From an uncultured Novosphingobium sp. (GTDB lineage: Bacteria; Pseudomonadota; Alphaproteobacteria; Sphingomonadales; Sphingomonadaceae), in contig OZ223239.1 of the NCBI GenBank assembly GCA_965140495.1, positions 2,219,678-2,283,677 of the forward strand: a stretch of 64,000 nt of DNA, read 5' to 3'. A program made the position numbers and the translations under genes. Every line of letters begins with the position of its first letter. The first letter of the stretch is position 1. This document shows, piece by piece, positions 61,049 through 64,000 of this stretch. The notes under the pieces are model-generated. The model was given only the letters and a program-made list of their open reading frames with translations. It ran no database searches and had not been told where the DNA came from.

Positions 61049-63100
61049 TTGCAGTCCATCCTGCTCATCGTCTTCCTGCCGCTGGCGGCAGCGATCATCG
61101 CCGGGCTTGGCAACAAGCAGCTCGGCAATGTTCCGGCGAAGGTCATCACGACCGGCGCGCTGTTCATTGCCTGCGCGCTGTCCTGGCCGATCTTCCTCGG
61201 CTTCCTCAGCGGCAGCGCTGAAGAGACCGTCGTGCCGGTGCTCAAGTGGGTGGCCTCGGGCACGCTCACGTTCGACTGGGCGCTGCGCGTCGACACGCTG
61301 ACCGCGGTCATGCTCGTCGTCGTCACGTCGGTTTCGGCACTCGTGCACCTCTATTCGTGGGGCTACATGAGCGAGGAGGCCGATCAGCCGCGCTTCTTCG
61401 CGTACCTGTCGCTCTTCACCTTCGCCATGCTCATGCTGGTGACCGCGGACAACCTGGTGCAGATGTTCTTCGGTTGGGAAGGCGTGGGCCTCGCGTCGTA
61501 CCTTCTCATCGGCTTCTGGTTCCGCAAGCCGTCGGCGAGCGCCGCCGCGATCAAGGCTTTCGTGGTCAACCGCGTGGGCGACCTCGGCTTCATGCTCGGC
61601 ATCTTCGGCACCTTCCTGGTGTTCGGCACCGTCTCGATCCCCGAGATCCTCGCGGCCGCGCCGGGCATGTCCGGTTCGACCATCGGCTTCCTCGGCATGC
61701 GCTTCGAGACGATGACGATCCTGTGCCTGCTGCTGTTCATCGGCGCGATGGGCAAGTCGGCGCAGCTCGGCCTGCACACCTGGCTTCCGGACGCGATGGA
61801 AGGCCCGACCCCGGTTTCGGCGCTGATCCACGCCGCGACCATGGTTACCGCCGGCGTCTTCATGGTTTGCCGTCTCTCGCCGATGTTCGAGACGAGCCCG
61901 ACGGCAATGGCCTTCGTCACCTTCATCGGTGCCGCGACCTGCTTCTTCGCCGCGACGATCGGCTGCACCCAGTGGGACATCAAGCGCGTGATCGCGTACT
62001 CGACCTGCTCGCAGCTCGGTTACATGTTCTTCGCCGCAGGCGTGGGCGCTTTCGGCTCGGCCATGTTCCACCTGTTCACGCACGCCTTCTTCAAGGCGCT
62101 GCTGTTCCTCGGTGCCGGCTCGGTCATCCACGCGATGCACCACGAGCAGGACATGCGCTTCTACGGCAACCTGCGTAAGCACATTCCGATTACGTTCTGG
62201 GCGATGACCGCGGGTACGCTCGCCATCACCGGCGTGGGCATGTTCGGTGTCGGCTTCGCGGGCTTCCACTCGAAGGACTCGATCCTCGAGGCGGCCTATG
62301 CAAGCGGCACGTCGATGGGCAACTTCGCCTTCTGGATGGGCATTGCCGCCGCGCTGATGACCAGCTTCTATTCCTGGCGTCTGGTGTTCCTGACCTTCTT
62401 CGGCAAGCCGCGCTGGGCCGGTTCGGAGCACATCCAGCACGCGGTCCACGGCGATCACCACGATCACCCGGACGAGGAAGATTCGGGCGAGCACACCGAC
62501 GCGCATTCGGCGCACGGCGCTGCCGCGCACGAGGGCACTGCGGGTTACCATCCGCACGAGAGCCCCTGGGTCATGCTGGTGCCGCTGGTGCTGCTGTCGA
62601 TGGGTGCGGTCTTTGCCGGCTTCATTTTCCAGCACGCCTTCGTTTCCGACGGTTCGGGCGAGTTCTGGAAGGGCGCTCTGGTCTTCCACGAGCACCTGAT
62701 CCACGCGATGCACGAGATCCCCGAACTGATGAAGTGGATGCCGTTCATCGTGATGGCGCTGGGCCTGCTTACCGCATGGTACGGCTACATCAGGAACACC
62801 AGCTTCCCGGCGGCCGTCGCCGAGCAGCTCGGGCCGGTCTACACTTTCGTGTACCGCAAGTGGATGTTCGACGAGCTGTATCACTACATGTTCGTGGTCC
62901 CGGCGTTCTGGCTCGGAAAGGTGTTCTGGAAGGTCGTGGATATCGGAGTGGTCGACCGCTTCGGCCCCGACGGTGCGGCATGGGCCGTGGCCAAGGGCTC
63001 CACTTACGCGCAGAAGGTCCAGTCGGGCTATCTGTACAGCTATGCTCTCATAATGCTGCTGGGCCTTGTCGGCGCCATCAGCTGGGTGATCGCGGGATAA
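61049..63100 (+). CDS. nuoL: NADH-quinone oxidoreductase subunit L
   Basis: Track ORF of 683 aa with an apparent TTG start (uncertain). [16 protein letters not shown] and [31 protein letters not shown]. Confidence 0.92.
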   Translation: MQSILLIVFLPLAAAIIAGLGNKQLGNVPAKVITTGALFIACALSWPIFLGFLSGSAEETVVPVLKWVASGTLTFDWALRVDTLTAVMLVVVTSVSALVHLYSWGYMSEEADQPRFFAYLSLFTFAMLMLVTADNLVQMFFGWEGVGLASYLLIGFWFRKPSASAAAIKAFVVNRVGDLGFMLGIFGTFLVFGTVSIPEILAAAPGMSGSTIGFLGMRFETMTILCLLLFIGAMGKSAQLGLHTWLPDAMEGPTPVSALIHAATMVTAGVFMVCRLSPMFETSPTAMAFVTFIGAATCFFAATIGCTQWDIKRVIAYSTCSQLGYMFFAAGVGAFGSAMFHLFTHAFFKALLFLGAGSVIHAMHHEQDMRFYGNLRKHIPITFWAMTAGTLAITGVGMFGVGFAGFHSKDSILEAAYASGTSMGNFAFWMGIAAALMTSFYSWRLVFLTFFGKPRWAGSEHIQHAVHGDHHDHPDEEDSGEHTDAHSAHGAAAHEGTAGYHPHESPWVMLVPLVLLSMGAVFAGFIFQHAFVSDGSGEFWKGALVFHEHLIHAMHEIPELMKWMPFIVMALGLLTAWYGYIRNTSFPAAVAEQLGPVYTFVYRKWMFDELYHYMFVVPAFWLGKVFWKVVDIGVVDRFGPDGAAWAVAKGSTYAQKVQSGYLYSYALIMLLGLVGAISWVIAG

Positions 63101-63101
63101 G

Positions 63102-64000
63102 ATGATGGGTGGTTTTCCGATCCTCAGCGTGATGTTGCTGGTGCCGCTTGCGGCAGCAGTGGCGTGCCTGTTCCTCGAAGCGAAAGCGGCGCGCAATCTT
63201 GCGCTGATCGCAACGCTTGTCGATCTGGCACTCGGCATCGTGCTGTGGCTGAATTTCGACGTGGGCGGTGCCCAGTGGCAGTTCACCGAGCGCCTGGAGC
63301 TCTTCTCGGGCTTCTCCTATGCGCTCGGTATCGACGGCATTGCCTTGCTGCTGATCGAGCTGTCGGTGTTCCTCATGCCGATCTGCATCGGCGCGAGCTG
63401 GAACTCGATCGACAAGCGCGTCGGCGAATACATGGGCGCCTTCCTGCTCATGGAAACGCTGATGATCGGCGTGTTCGCCGCGCAGGACATCTTCCTGTTC
63501 TACATGTTCTTCGAAGCCGGCCTTATCCCGATGTACCTGATTATCGGTATCTGGGGCGGTCAGGACCGCATCTACGCGGCCTACAAGTTCTTCCTCTACA
63601 CGCTGCTCGGCTCGGTGCTGATGCTCGTGGCCATGCTCTACATGGTCAACGTGGCCGGTACGACCGACGTGCCGACGCTGATGGCCTACAACTTCGATCC
63701 GTCGGTGCAGACGTGGCTGTGGCTCGCCTTCTTCGCCAGCTTCGCGGTGAAGATGCCGATGTGGCCGGTCCACACCTGGCTTCCGGCTGCTCACGTTCAG
63801 GCCCCGACCGCCGGTTCGGTCATTCTGGCCGGCGTGCTGCTGAAGATGGGTGGTTACGGCTTCATCCGCTTCTCGCTGCCGATGTTCCCCGAAGCGTCCG
63901 CGTCCTTCGCGCCGCTGATCTGGGGCCTGTCGATGGCGGCGGTCGTGATCACTTCGCTGATCGCGCTCGTCCAGCACGACATGAAGAAGCTGATCGCCTA
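63102..64000 (+). CDS. nuoM: NADH-quinone oxidoreductase subunit M; 3' end runs off the window
   Basis: Not in the track because there is no stop in the window. My translation from ATG 63102 reads [20 protein letters not shown]...[34 protein letters not shown]. Confidence 0.9.
   Translation, partial: MMGGFPILSVMLLVPLAAAVACLFLEAKAARNLALIATLVDLALGIVLWLNFDVGGAQWQFTERLELFSGFSYALGIDGIALLLIELSVFLMPICIGASWNSIDKRVGEYMGAFLLMETLMIGVFAAQDIFLFYMFFEAGLIPMYLIIGIWGGQDRIYAAYKFFLYTLLGSVLMLVAMLYMVNVAGTTDVPTLMAYNFDPSVQTWLWLAFFASFAVKMPMWPVHTWLPAAHVQAPTAGSVILAGVLLKMGGYGFIRFSLPMFPEASASFAPLIWGLSMAAVVITSLIALVQHDMKKLIA

Noticed and set aside
61025-63286. 753-aa minus-strand ORF
   Set aside because: It is antisense to nuoL, with no recognisable domain. 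High-GC artefact.

Overview
High-GC alphaproteobacterial chromosome segment. Gene content and REP-type repeats look Sphingomonadales-like, but that is inference only. I call about 70 genes, mostly housekeeping: priA (partial, runs off the left edge), tal, cobT, cysS, the rpmF-plsX-fabH-ihfA-merR block, a DinG-type helicase, class I lysK, ettA, prfB, amtB, a thiolase, and a complex I operon from nuoA to nuoM (partial, runs off the right edge). I recognised no rRNA, tRNA, CRISPR array, transposase or integrase. Many very long ORFs in the track are antisense artefacts of the high GC content and were discarded. Unusual content, in order of interest: (1) an orphan LuxE/LuxC-type fatty-acid reductase pair (35.5-38.3 kb), divergently wired to a TetR-MFS-SDR operon, with no luciferase genes; (2) a free-standing lipoyl-domain protein next to an exported peroxiredoxin; (3) the nuo operon carries three extra ORFs, including an AT-rich NYN/LabA-type predicted RNase translationally coupled between nuoF and nuoG; (4) a prophage-less CI/LexA-type S24 repressor facing a small two-gene operon; (5) a secreted RcnB-like protein with Arg/Asp/Asn/Tyr-rich tandem repeats; (6) an arsR-arsI-acr3 operon without arsC; (7) at least three families of REP/MITE-like inverted repeats in intergenic regions. 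All calls come from reading the sequence and from remembered family motifs. No searches were run.
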